Below, piece after piece: positions 22,625 to 34,030 of a stretch of 64,000 nucleotides of DNA. The first letter of the stretch is position 1; each line of letters starts with the position of its first letter. The notes under the pieces were generated by a model, which worked only from the letters and a program-made list of their open reading frames with translations, ran no database searches and was not told the DNA's origin. Both the position numbers and the translations under genes were made by a program. Source of the DNA: Macrostomum lignano (taxonomy: Eukaryota); contig NIVC01000599.1 of NCBI GenBank assembly GCA_002269645.1, positions 29,393-93,392 of the forward strand, read 5' to 3'.

Positions 22625-22920
22625 ATAGTATAGATTTTGGCAAGGGCAGATTTAGGGGCAGCCTGCCCCCTCCCCAAAAATAGCTTGATAGAACATATTG
22701 CACCCCCAAAAACCTAATTTTGTGCCCTTAAAATGCATTTTTGCACCCCCCCCTAAGCTTGATTTTTCTCCCACTATACATTTGCACCGGTACCCTCCAG
22801 ATTTAAAATTTGTGCCCCAAACTTGGACCACCCCCACACACAAAATTAAATTCTAGATCTACCACTGGACTTTGGTCTAAGTCAGGGGTCAGCAAACTTT
22901 TTTACCTCAAGGGCCAGATG
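22625..22920. mobile_element. MITE fragments: a GCAGATTTAGGGG...CTAGATCTACCACTG type and a CAGGGGTCAGCAAAC hAT/Charlie-like end
   Basis: Termini resemble common non-autonomous DNA transposon ends. No TSD was confirmed. Confidence 0.4.
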
Positions 22921-23247
22921 AGATTGGAAAAGGGAGGGAATAGGAGATGAGAGATGAGATGAGGGGAGAGGAGAGAGGAAAGGGATGAGGGAGGCAGAGA
23001 AAAGAGATGAGAGAAAACTTGAATTAAGGTATAAACATTGCGCAGGCAGAATTGCTATTGTGAAGTTTCCAAGAATCCAAGGGCTAGATATTTACTTGAT
23101 AGAAATATGAGTACTGTAAGTAGCATATAAGAAGTTAAGCAAAGCATAAAGTGAAAGCAAATCTAACTGAAATTAGACATTTTTAATTAATTTAAATGAA
23201 TCGATTTTTGTGAATAAAAAACTAAGGAATGAAATTGTAGCTGTTTG

Positions 23248-23519
23248 CATAAACTAAGCCAGTTATATTGGTTTGCAGCTAGTTGCCTAGCAACATAAAC
23301 TAAGCCAGTTATATTGGTTTGCAGCTAGTTGCCTAGCAACATAAACTAAGCCAGTTATATTGGTTTGCAGCTAGTTGCCTAGCAACATAAACTAAGCCAG
23401 TTATATTGGTTTGCAGCTAGTTGCCTAGCAACATAAACTAAGCCAGTTATATTGGTTTGCAGCTAGTTGCCTAGCAACATAAACTAAGCCAGTTGGTTTG
23501 CAGCTAGTTGCGTAGCAAC
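23248..23519 (+). promoter_or_regulatory. 46-bp tandem repeat x~6, each with an RFX X-box (GTTGCCTAGCAAC), immediately upstream of GPR89
   Basis: Unit CATAAACTAAGCCAGTTATATTGGTTTGCAGCTAGTTGCCTAGCAA has period 46. The last box (GTTGCGTAGCAAC) ends 11 nt before the ATG at 23531. The repeat is certain; regulatory function is inferred. Confidence 0.6.
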
Positions 23520-23530
23520 AAGATTCAGTC

Positions 23531-25679
23531 ATGACGGTTGGCTCCGATTCTGTAGTCATGCTGGCCTCCATGTGCGCCTTCTTCGCCCTTGGCTGGGTGT
23601 TCTTTCTCAAGCATTTGTTCCGCGACTACGAGGTCCGGCATTGGATTGTGCTGGTGTCCTTCTCTGTCACTTTCGCCTTGTCCTGCGGCATGTTCGAATT
23701 GATCATCTTCGAGATTGTCGGCCTGCTCGACCCGCTGTCCCGCCGGCTTTGGTGGCGGCTGTGCATTTTTGCTATGCTGATCTTGGTCATGGTGGTGCTG
23801 CCCTACTACACCTGCTACTTTGCCATCTCATCGGCCAGCTTCCTGCCGCGCCGCCGGTCTGTCCGCTCCGCCCTGGCGCTGGCCTGCTGGCTCGGCTTCG
23901 TCTGGCTATTCTGGCGTCTCGGCGACCCCTTCCCGATCCTGTCGCCCAACCATGGCATCTTCTCTCTGGAGCAGTGCATCGGCCGGGTCGGCGTCATCGG
24001 CGTGACCATCATGGCGCTGCTGTCCGGCTTCGGCGCCGTCAACTACCCCTACAGCTGCATGCACGTCTTCGTCCGGCCCGTCACCCAGTCCGCCGTGCTG
24101 GGCATCGAGCGCCGCCTGTTGCAGACGCTGGACTTGGTGGCAGCCAAACGGCGTCGGGCCGCCCTGCTTCGTCGGGACGAGGCGCAGAGTCGGCAGGCAT
24201 CCGGCTGGAGCCTGCCCTGGACGGCTGCCGCGGCCGCGGCCAGACGGTCTGGCCCAACAGCGGCCAGCGTCGAGTCCGAGGCGGCCAATCACGAGGAGCT
24301 GGGCAGGCAGCTGTTCTTGGAGTTGCACGAGTTGAAAACCGCGCAGGAGAGGGCAGCGCATAGCCGGACTCTGCAGGTACGGACTGAGGGGAAGGTGAAG
24401 ACTAAAGATGGCCAATGAGACTAAGACGGTAGCTCGCAGCAGGAAGGCTAGAGAGGATAGAGTGAGAGGTAACAGGATAGAGTAAAGTGAGAAGTAGACA
24501 GGGTGAGATTGTTGAGTTGGAGCTAAATGATAGAGTAGAGTGAGGGTAACAGAAAGTTAGAAGGTAAAGCAGGCTTCAACTCAACAAGTGAGAGGCAGAT
24601 AGGAAAGTGTAGAGTGAGAGGTAGACAGGAGAGTGTAGAGTGAGAGGTAGACAGGAGAGTAGAATAAGAGGTAGAAAGTAAATTGTAGAGTAAGCGGTAA
24701 AAAGTAGAGTGTAGAGGTAGAGGTAAACAGGAGAGTGTAGAGTGGGTGGTAGGCAGGTCAGTGTAGAGTGAGAGGTAGGCAGGTCAGTGTAGAGTTAGAG
24801 GTAGGCAGGTCAGTGTAGAGTGAGAGGTAGGCAGGTCAGTGTAGAGTTAAAGAGTAGATCCTGATTGATTCCGACAAAACGCAGGGCCGGTACTTCAACC
24901 TACTCGGCTGGGTGTTCTGCGCCTACTGCCTGTGGAAGCTGTGCTCCTGCACCATCAACATCGTGTTCAACAGGGTTGGCAAAGTGGACCCGGTGACCAG
25001 GGCGCTGCACATTTGTGTCCAGCTGCTCGGGTTTCGTCTGGATGTACAGTTTTGGTCTCAGCAGGTGAGGGAGGCTGGGCGTCATCGTTTTTTATTTACC
25101 GTTGTTTGAAGCTTAATGGTAATTTAGGGTCGACTCTAACTTCTTAGCTGTGTGTCACATTCACTGAACTCCCATATTTCATTCACTGAAATCCAATATT
25201 TCATTCACTGAAATCCCATATTTCATTCACTTCAATCCCATATTTCATTCACGGAACTCCCCATATTTCATTCACTGCAATCCCATATTTCATTCACTGA
25301 AATCCCAAATTCCCATATTCAGGTGAGCTTCTGGCTCGTGGGCATCATGGCGGTGACCTCAATCCGGGGCCTGCTGCTGACTCTAACCAAGTTCTTCTTC
25401 GCCTTGGCGTCAACCCATAGCTCGAACATCATGGTGCTGCTGCTGGCCCAGGTCATGGGCATGTACTTTCTCAGCTCCGTTCTGCTGATGCGAATGAACA
25501 TGCCCGCCGAGTACCGGCACATCATCACCCAGGTGCTTGGCGACCTGCAGTTTCACTTCTATCACCGCTGGTTCGATGTCATCTTCCTGCTGAGCGCCTC
25601 CTCGTCTATCGCCTTCATCTGGGTGGCGCACAAGCAGACAGTTGGCAAATCAGAGCACGAATCCTTGCTGCTGAGGTGA
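23531..25679 (+). CDS. GPR89: Golgi pH regulator GPR89/GPHR, 3 exons, ~460 aa
   Basis: Exons 23531-24376, 24885-25064 and 25323-25679, phase 0 GT-AG. Motifs [107 protein letters not shown]. Confidence 0.95.
24420..24860 (+). repeat. Purine-rich (GTAGAGTGAGAG-type) simple repeats filling GPR89 intron 1
   Basis: Repeated GTGTAGAGTGAGAGGTAG(A/G)CAGG units. Confidence 0.85.
25158..25318 (+). repeat. 22-bp minisatellite in GPR89 intron 2
   Basis: TTTCATTCACTGAAATCCCATA x~7, running up to the acceptor. Confidence 0.9.
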
Positions 25680-26754
25680 CGCCGGCGCTCTGACCTTTGA
25701 CCTTTGTTAGTACTTTCTATTCGCTAAGGGCGCGCTCTGGATCAATCTTTAAATAGAAATGTTTGGCTGTGTGCATTCTTAACATTATATTTACGTCAGC
25801 TGCGGTGTGCATTGGCAAGGTGTACATTCGCAACATCTATATTGTGCATAGATTGCCAAAAATATTGAATAATAACGTTCCTTTTTCTCAATACTGCATT
25901 GACAATTATGTACATCTAGGCTATGTGTATATTCTCAATAGTTCATTGATTGTAGATGTACATTCTCAATAGTGCATTGATTGTAGATGTACATTAGCGG
26001 TGATGTACATTCTCAAAAGTACATTGATTGTAGATGTACATTAGCGGTGATGTACATTCTCAATAGTGCATTGATTATAGATGTACATCTAGGCTTATGT
26101 GTGCCTTCTGAGCCATGACTTTGTATTCTAGCTAGAACACATTGATCATTTTCCGGATCCCCTAGTGAATTTATAGATATGCAGAAAAAATGATGCTCCG
26201 ATGTGCCAATATAACGCACATAATTATTGGCCTTACTCAGATGGTAGATGTCGTGTATGTTTTTTGTTAACCTTAGTCCACATCAAAAGCATAATGTGTA
26301 ATTGTTAACTAGAAGATTTAATCTTTAAATTAAATACGTAACATGCTAATTGAAGGCCGAAGTTCGCGAGTTACTGAATTTGCGAATGTCAATTCAATGC
26401 TTATAAATGACTTCCTCACTGTAAATTACAGACTAGAACTCTTTCAATATTTAAAGTCATTTCTTTGCTTGCCTACTCGTGAGCGAGTAGTAAAAAACTT
26501 CCTGATTTTCTGTTTATGTTCTTTCGGCTCATACAGTCTCCTCAGTGTGTGACACGGTTACAAGATGAACTAGATGTGTCACTCGCAATGAAATTTGTGA
26601 AAAAGAAGTGTCACTTAAATTTAATGTGTCATCGAAAAAATTCATTCCTCAGGGTTTGCAGCCCCAAGAGCATATGGGGTTAAGAATAAACAACAAGCAT
26701 TAAACTCGATGTACACAAGTGAACGCAAAGTGGACGAAACTCTGCCTAGAGGAC

Positions 26755-27075
26755 AGGCCCAATCTAGCTCAGCCAATGAGAGAGCAGTAAGGAGAGAGGT
26801 CGAAATCAGACTGACAAAAGGGGGCAGGACCAATCTAGCTCAGCCAATGACAGAGCAGTAAGGAGAGAGGTCGAAATCAGACTGACAAAAGGGGGCAGGA
26901 CCAATCTAGCTCAGCCAATGAGAGAGCAGTAAGGAGAGAGGTCGAAATCAGACTGACAAAAGGGGGCAGGACCAATCTAGCTCAGCCAATGAGAGAGCAG
27001 TAAGGAGAGAGGTCGAAATCAGACTGACGAAAGGGGGCAGGACCAATCTAGCTCAGCCAATGAGAGAGCTGTAAG
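26755..27075 (+). repeat. 71-bp tandem repeat x~4.5 with two CCAAT motifs per unit
   Basis: GGACCAATCT starts at 26827, 26898 and 26969. Unit: ...CCAATCTAGCTCAGCCAATGAGAGAGCAGTAAGG... Confidence 0.9.
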
Positions 27076-27804
27076 GAAGCCCAACTGTTTATCGGCTAGG
27101 CGGGGGCTGTGGCGTGGCGCCACCCCGTTCTCTCTTGCTCGCTATGCAGACGCACTAGATTAGGATTTTTACGGTTTCCTGCAGTCTTCAGTCTTAAATT
27201 GAAGTCTTATTAAATAATTTCGAGTCTGAAGCAGTCTGGAGTCTGCAAAACAGGATGAAGATGCTAATTTAACTTGTCTGCTTGTACAAGGCCAGAGGCG
27301 ATTGTTGCTTATATTATTAATGGCGCAGCGAATTCATAATTCCAATTATTTGTCTATTATTATTTTCAAAAAGTAAGCGAAAATGTTTTATATTATTATC
27401 GTTATTTTTAATAATGGTAGGGTGGTAAACTCTAGATGAATATTTGTATATATTTAGATAGATAATGGTAATAATAGTGATCCATGCATGGCCATGCAAA
27501 CTAAGTCTATCTGTGCGGTTGGGCGGAATTTACCTGTTTAGTAAGGCAGGTGAACACAATGTGATAGCAGTCGGTGTGTCTGCCTGTGCATCTTCTACGT
27601 ACTCATAACATTATTCTGTCTTCTTCGCTATTTGGTTGGACGAATTTGTCTGCGTTATGGAATTTTCCTGCGTGTTATTAGGGTGCTAATTATATATGCT
27701 ATGCAAGTTCTGGGCGCCCATGGTTAGGGATTCAGAGATGTTACTTAGCGAGAGTTCAGAGTTGGTCACACTGCCGCACTGGGTCTACTTAGGATAAGAT
27801 ATGG

Positions 27805-28325
27805 TTGCCATTTTGATCAGATGTGGGTTGGGATTTGCCATTTTGATCAGATGTGGGTTGGGATTTGCCATTTTGATCAGATGTGGGTTGGGATTTGCCA
27901 ATTTAATTGACAGGGATAACTAAGAGGAGGTGCCATTTTGATTGAGGGGGACTGGGAGTGCCATTTTGATTGAGAGGGGGACTGGGAGTGCCATTTTGAT
28001 TGAGAGGGGGACTGGGAGTGCCATTTTGATTGAGAGGGGGACTGGGAGTGCCATTTTGATTGAGAGGGAGACTGGGAGTGCCATTTTGATTTAGAGGAGG
28101 ACTGGGAGTGCCATTTTGATTGAGAGGGGGACTGGGAGTGCCATTTTGATTGAGAGGGGGACTGGGAGTGCCATTTTGATTGAGAGGGAGACTGGGAGTG
28201 CCATTTTGATTGAGAGGGGGACTGGGAGTGCCATTTTGATTGAGAGGGAGACTGGGAGTGCCATTTTGATTGAGAGGGAGACTGGGAGTGCCATTTTGAT
28301 TGAGAGGGGGACTGGAGTGACATTT
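27805..28325 (+). repeat. 30-bp minisatellites (GCCATTTTGATCAGATGTGGGTTGGGATTT x3; GCCATTTTGATTGAGAGGGGGACTGGGAGT x~13)
   Basis: Period 30; lies directly downstream of the globin stop codon. Confidence 0.95.
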
Positions 28326-28427
28326 TTATAAGAGTCAATTTCTTCGATGTGTTGGATGTTATGGATGGATTTGAGAGAAAAGATTTTTTTCACGCTGAAA
28401 TAAAATACCTCGCTGAACTCATACATG

Positions 28428-31400
28428 TCATCGCATAGAGTGGGAAAAGTCAGAGATCGCCCTGCTGAGCAGTCGAATGCCCTCCGTAATAGTCGGAATC
28501 GTGCCGGACAGAAACTTGTTCCACACCGCCTTGTTGCTTTTAAACTGCTGGCCAAGCAGGTCTTCAAGTACGTACATCAGCACCTTGTTCAGCGTCTGCG
28601 GTTCATTGTTGGGTGGTTGAACTAGTTGGTGCATGACGATCTAGTAACAGTACGACATACCGTATCGGGCCTCTTGATACTCGGCAACTAAGAACGTCAA
28701 GAACTTCAACGGTTCCTGCCGAAACAGAATTGCATTGAAAATCTACTCTATCCACCAACTCACTATCTCAACCTACTCTACCTGCACCTACTCTTTCAAC
28801 CCCTACTTTTTCTACCAACCTTCTTTATCTACAAAACATACTCTGTCTATCAATTTACTCTATCAACCTGCTCTGTCTATCAATTTACTCTATCAACCTG
28901 CTCTGTCTATCAATTTACTCTATCAACCTGCTCTGTCTATCAATTTACTCTATCAACCTGCTCTGTCTATCAATTTACTCTATCAACCTGCTCTGTCTAT
29001 CAATTTACTCTATCAACCTGCTCTGTCTATCAATTTACTCTATCAACCTGCTCTGTCTATCAATTTACTCTATCAACCTGCTCTGTCTATCAATTTACTC
29101 TATCAACCTGCTCTGTATATCAACCTGCTCTGTCTATCAATTTACTCTATCAACCTGCTCTGTCTATCAATTTACTCTATCAACCTGCTCTGTCTATCAA
29201 TTTACTCTATCAACCTGCTCTGTCTATCAATTTACTCTACCAACCTGCTCTGTATATCAACCTGCTCTGTCTATCAATTTACTCTATCAACCTGCTCTGT
29301 CTATCAATTTACTCTATCAACCTGCTCTGTCTATCAACCTGCTCTGTCTATCAATTTACTCTATCAACCTGCTCTGTCTATCAACCTGCTCTGTCTATCA
29401 ATTTACTCTATCAACCTGCTCTGTCTATCAATTTACTCTATCAACCTGCTCTGTCTATCAATTTACTCTATCAACCTGCTCTGTCTATCAATTTACTCTA
29501 TCAACCTGCTCTGTATATCAACCTGCTCTGTCTATCAATTTACTCTATCAACCTGCTCTGTCTATCAATTTACTCTATCAACCTGCTCTGTCTATCAATT
29601 TACTCTATCAACCTGCTCTGTCTATCAACCTGCTCTGTCTATCAATTTACTCTATCAACCTGCTCTGTCTATCAATTTACTCTATCAACCTGCTCTGTCT
29701 ATCAATTTACTCTATCAACCTGCTCTGTCTATCAATTTACTCTATCAACCTGCTCTGTCTATCAACCTGCTCTGTCTATCAATTTACTCTATCAACCTGC
29801 TCTGTCTATCAATTTACTCTATCAACCTGCTCTGTCTATCAACCTACTCTATCTACCAACCCTTTTTGTCTACCAACTTACTCTATCTATTAACCTACTC
29901 TACCAAGCTTTTCTTTCTATCAACCTACTCTATCTACCAACCTACTCTGTCTATCAACCTACTCTATCTACCAACCTGCTTTTTCTATCAATCTACTTTA
30001 TCCATCAACCTACTTTATCTATCAACCTACTCTGTCTACCAACTTACTCTGTCTATCAACCTACTCTATCTATCTATCAACCCACTGTCTACCAACCTAC
30101 TCACGTCTACCAACCTACTCTGCCTATCAACCTACTTTGTCTACCAACCTACTCACAGCAAAATTGTCCGTCCGGATGCCCCGTCGCCCATGCGAGCGGC
30201 CAATCTCGGTCAGCAGCTCCTCAGAGGACTGTCGGTCGCGCAAGTCGGCGATGACCGAGTCCAGCATGTTCACCACCCTACGGCCGTGTGTCCTCAACGC
30301 CGGGTCGCCGCGCAGCTGGTCGAGTGGCCTCTGGCGAAACTTCGAGAACAGCTCCTGCTCTTCGGGGTACAGCTCGAACAGTCTGGGAGGATTGAGTTTG
30401 AGACAGTGCCGGAGACGAATTGGTTTTGTTAGTCAAGAATCAGTACAGCGGCAAATTAGGAATAGTTGTAACCATGCAGCTCTGATTAAATTAGTCATCG
30501 GGTTGAAGGTCCCTAAGGTGCTGAATATCCAGAAGGCCCCAAAGGTCTCGAAAGTCCTGAAGGTCCCGTAGGTGCTGAACGTACTGAGGTTTTTGTTCTT
30601 GGGGTGGTAGCCTAGTGGTTAGAGCATCGGACTCACGATTGAAAGATCGGGGGTTCGATTCACGATCACACTAGGAACAATCTGTGTCCTTGAGTAAGAC
30701 ATTTAACTCTGCATTACTTTAATCCACCCAGCTGTAAAATGGGTGCCAGCATTAGCTGGGGTAATTGAGGATGTGTGTGGCGACCCCCCCCCCAGTCCTT
30801 GGACTGAACAGCCGTAGTCGCAACCTTCAGATGCGCCGCGCAATAGCTGCGGCTGAGCTGTTGGTTGCACATCTGCCCAATTGGGGCAGGTGTAATCAAT
30901 TATTATTATCGAGTAAGGGGAGTGGATTGGCTGCATGGGCGAGGTCACGGAGTACAAAATGGGTGTTCCCCGAACTGCCTCTCCATGCATGTGCATGTCG
31001 AAGGTCGAAAAGGTTCCAAAGGTCTTGATAGAAAGTCCCAAAGATCCCAAAGGTTGCGAAGTTCCCGAAGGTCGATGATAAATGATTTGAACTTTTAGAT
31101 GGTATGCAGATGGTAAAAGTCTATCAACCTGGAATCGTTAGTTAATAAATCGACTATCGCTGGGCAGTTTTGAATTTGAATTGTTCACGAATCTCAACCC
31201 GGAAAATTTGTTTAATTTGATTGTTTGTTAATTTGTTTGAGACTCGTTTTCGGTAGATAACTGCTCTATCAGTTATAGAACTACTGATGACTTCACAGTA
31301 AACCTCTGGGAAGCTATCTAGGATCTATAGAAAATCTGCTAAGTGACTCCATCTGCTCTAAAACTACTCTAAACCTACTCTATCTACTCAAAACCTACTT

Positions 31401-31772
31401 CATCTACCCAAAACCTACTCCACTGATACTCAATACCTACTCCATCTACCCAAAACCTACTCTATCTACTCGAATGCTACCCCACCTACCCAAAACCTAC
31501 TCCATGTAATCAAAATCTACTTCACCTACTCAAAACCTACTCAATCTACTCGTAAGCAACTATCTACTAAGAAATACTCAAAATCTACTTAAAACCTACT
31601 CCATCTACTGAAAACCTACTCAATCTACTCAAAGTTGACTGAGATGCAGTGAGATACAGCGGCAGACTCACTTAATAAAGATTTTCTCTCCCAGCTGCTC
31701 CTTGTTGGCCATTGCGGCATGCCAGCCTTCGCTAACTACGCCAGTCTCCTGTATGCTCAGCAGCATCGCCAT
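28428..31772 (-). CDS. Globin, 3 exons with introns at B12.2 and G7.0, ~164 aa
   Basis: Exons 31772-31672, 30382-30157 and 28595-28428. Protein: ...VSEGWHAAMANKEQLGEKIFIK|LFELYPEEQELFSKF...LRTHGRRVVNML (E7 His)...IGRSHGRRGI (F8 His)RTDNFA|TLNKVLMYVLEDLLG...VWNKFL. The start could instead be the ATG at 31832 or an upstream exon. Confidence 0.9.
28760..30150. repeat. CTCTATCAACCTGCTCTGTCTATCAATTTA-type (16+14 bp) minisatellite filling globin intron 2
   Basis: About 1.4 kb of 30-bp and 16-bp modular units, degenerating into CTACTCTATC variants. Confidence 0.95.
30601..30910 (+). mobile_element. tRNA-derived SINE with a conserved central core, copy 1 (in globin intron 1)
   Basis: A box TAGCCTAGTGG, B box GGTTCGATT, core TGTGTCCTTGAGTAAGACATTTAACTC...GTAAAATGGGT, and an (ATT)n tail. 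Homologous to 40940 and 47182. Confidence 0.85.
31355..31635. repeat. CTACTCAAAAC-type simple repeats in globin intron 1
   Basis: Degenerate ACCTACTC(T/C)ATCTACTCAAA units. Confidence 0.8.
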
Positions 31773-32452
31773 CGCGCGGGTTATCGATTCTCCAGCGCCC
31801 TTGTGGGGTGTGCGGCCGACTCCAGATTGCATGCCTATAGCAGCTCTATATGTATCTTCATCCGCAGCCAACCCCAGCCCCCGACCTGCTCAGCTCAGCC
31901 AAAGAGAGTCGGAACTAAGAAACTGGAGTAATGAACTCTTGCTCACGCGTAGTGCTCAGAATGACATCATATACTGATTATACATTTTACTGAAAATAAA
32001 TGAGTTATTCAGCTATAAAATCAAAGAGGTCTCAGTTTCATTTGCCCGATCTTTGCTATTCCCGGCTGTGGGTCCCGGGCCTGCACCTTTGGTTGAACTA
32101 TAATGCCTCCAGCGCCGTCCCCAAACCCAAGCCAATGTGATCTCCGTCTGCTAAAAATGTATGACACTGGGAGCTGAGACGCTGCATGCCCTGTCGGACT
32201 AAAAAGGGAAACATCTGGGAAGGCATTTCATGTGTTTCAGTATTTGGGAAGAGCTGCCCACCCGTCAGTGGGGAGGCATGCAGTGATGCTGTCTTACGCT
32301 TCTCATGCCCCATCCCCGGGGATTGGAGCACTGCTATATATGGCGCTTATGAGCGGTGGCCGGACCGCAAATAAAGGAAGAGATTCAGATGTCGGATAGA
32401 TGCATGCTGACCTACTCGAATTGAATTATTATTTTGTAGTTGTACTGTATGA

Positions 32453-32646
<194 letters not shown>

Positions 32647-33287
32647 CAGCAGCTACTTACGGCATTAAATGCAAAATGATACAGTACAGTAATATCCCTG
32701 AGCAGTCTTAGGGAATGTCTGAAACAGACTTCATGCTTCGAGCGTGTAAAAAATGCTTGCAGTTCACTGCGTCACGACCTGCTGGGGGCATTAAGCCGAT
32801 AGAACCAGTGAAGCGAGAGCGTTGCTTCCATTGACCATTAATTCAGAATTTGTTTCGGAATTCCTTCTTCTATTTATGGTGCCTTGGCCTGCAGTTCCGA
32901 CAGTTCACATTCATTTGCACGGCTTGTGCTCGAAAATTGGCCCAGGGATTGTCGTGCAATTCGCACCAATGAGGGCCAACCCCGACCCGGCACAGAGACT
33001 GTACATGCCTGACGAGTAGAAAGTCAAAGGGCCGCTGTACACCCTGAGTGAGCGTGTGCATGAGTGCGTGCCTGCGTACATTGACGCTCTAGCATGTCAG
33101 CTTGGGAGTCAGCGGTATGGGCAGAACTGCCGCCCCAGTAGTTGTGGGGCGATGTCGCCGAAAGTCAGGGCGGCCCGCAGCCCTTATGCAATTATTATAT
33201 TGCACTACTCGTAACACACTACTGATGACGCATAATCAGTGCGAGAGGGTCAGAAAAATGTCTGATTTATTTGTCACCCACTGGTTA

Positions 33288-34030
33288 GTTCTCTGCTACT
33301 GCTCTATGCTCTCTGTTGTCTATGCTCTATGCTCTCTGTTATCTATGCTCTATGCTCTCTGTTGTCTATGCTCTATGCTCTCTGTTGTCTATGCTCTATG
33401 CTCTCTGTTGTCTATGCTCTATGCTCTATGCTCTCTGTTGTCTATGCTCTATGCTCTATGCTCTCTGTTGTCTATGCTCTATGCTCTATGCTCTCTGTTG
33501 TCTATGCTCTATGCTCTATGCTCTCTGTTGTCTATGCTCTATGCTCTATGCTCTCTGTTGTCTATGCTCTATGCTCTATGCTCTCTGTTGTCTATGCTCT
33601 ATGCTCTATGCTCTCTGTTATCTATGCTCTATGCTCTCTGTTATCTATGCTCTATGCTCTCTGTTGTCTATGCTCTATGCTCTCTGTTATCTATGCTCTA
33701 TGCTCTCTGTTGTCTATGCTCTATGCTCTCTGTTGTCTATGCTCTATGCTCTCTGTTGTCTATGCTCTATGCTCTCTGTTGTCTATATGCTCTATGCTCT
33801 CTGTTGTCTATATGCTCTATGCTCTCTGTTGTCTATGCTCTATGCTCTCTGTTGTCTATGCTCTATGCTCTCTGTTGTCTATGCTCTATGCTCTCTGTTG
33901 TCTATATGCTCTATGCTCTCTGTTGTCTATGCTCTATGCTCTCTGTTGTCTATGCTCTATGCTCTCTGTTGTCTATGCTCTATGCTCTCTGTTGTCTATG
34001 CTCTATGCTCTCTGTTGTCTATATGCTCTA
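33288..34030. repeat. CTATGCT/CTCTGTTGT modular minisatellite (23- and 30-bp units)
   Basis: CTATGCTCTATGCTCTCTGTTGT repeated ~28 times with variable heptamer number. Confidence 0.95.

Noticed and set aside
28735-30432. 565-aa ORF of SINLLYQPAL repeats
   Set aside because: It is the antisense read of the globin intron 2 minisatellite plus exon 2.
30601-30675. tRNA genes at 30601, 40940, 47182 and 50135-50205
   Set aside because: The cloverleafs are degenerate and continue into shared SINE core/tail or transposon sequence. They were treated as SINE heads or tRNA-like fragments.
32870-33061. 63-aa ORF as an upstream globin exon
   Set aside because: It begins in a CAGGGTGTAC repeat terminus also seen at ~41135, shows no globin similarity, and has no supported splice to exon 1.
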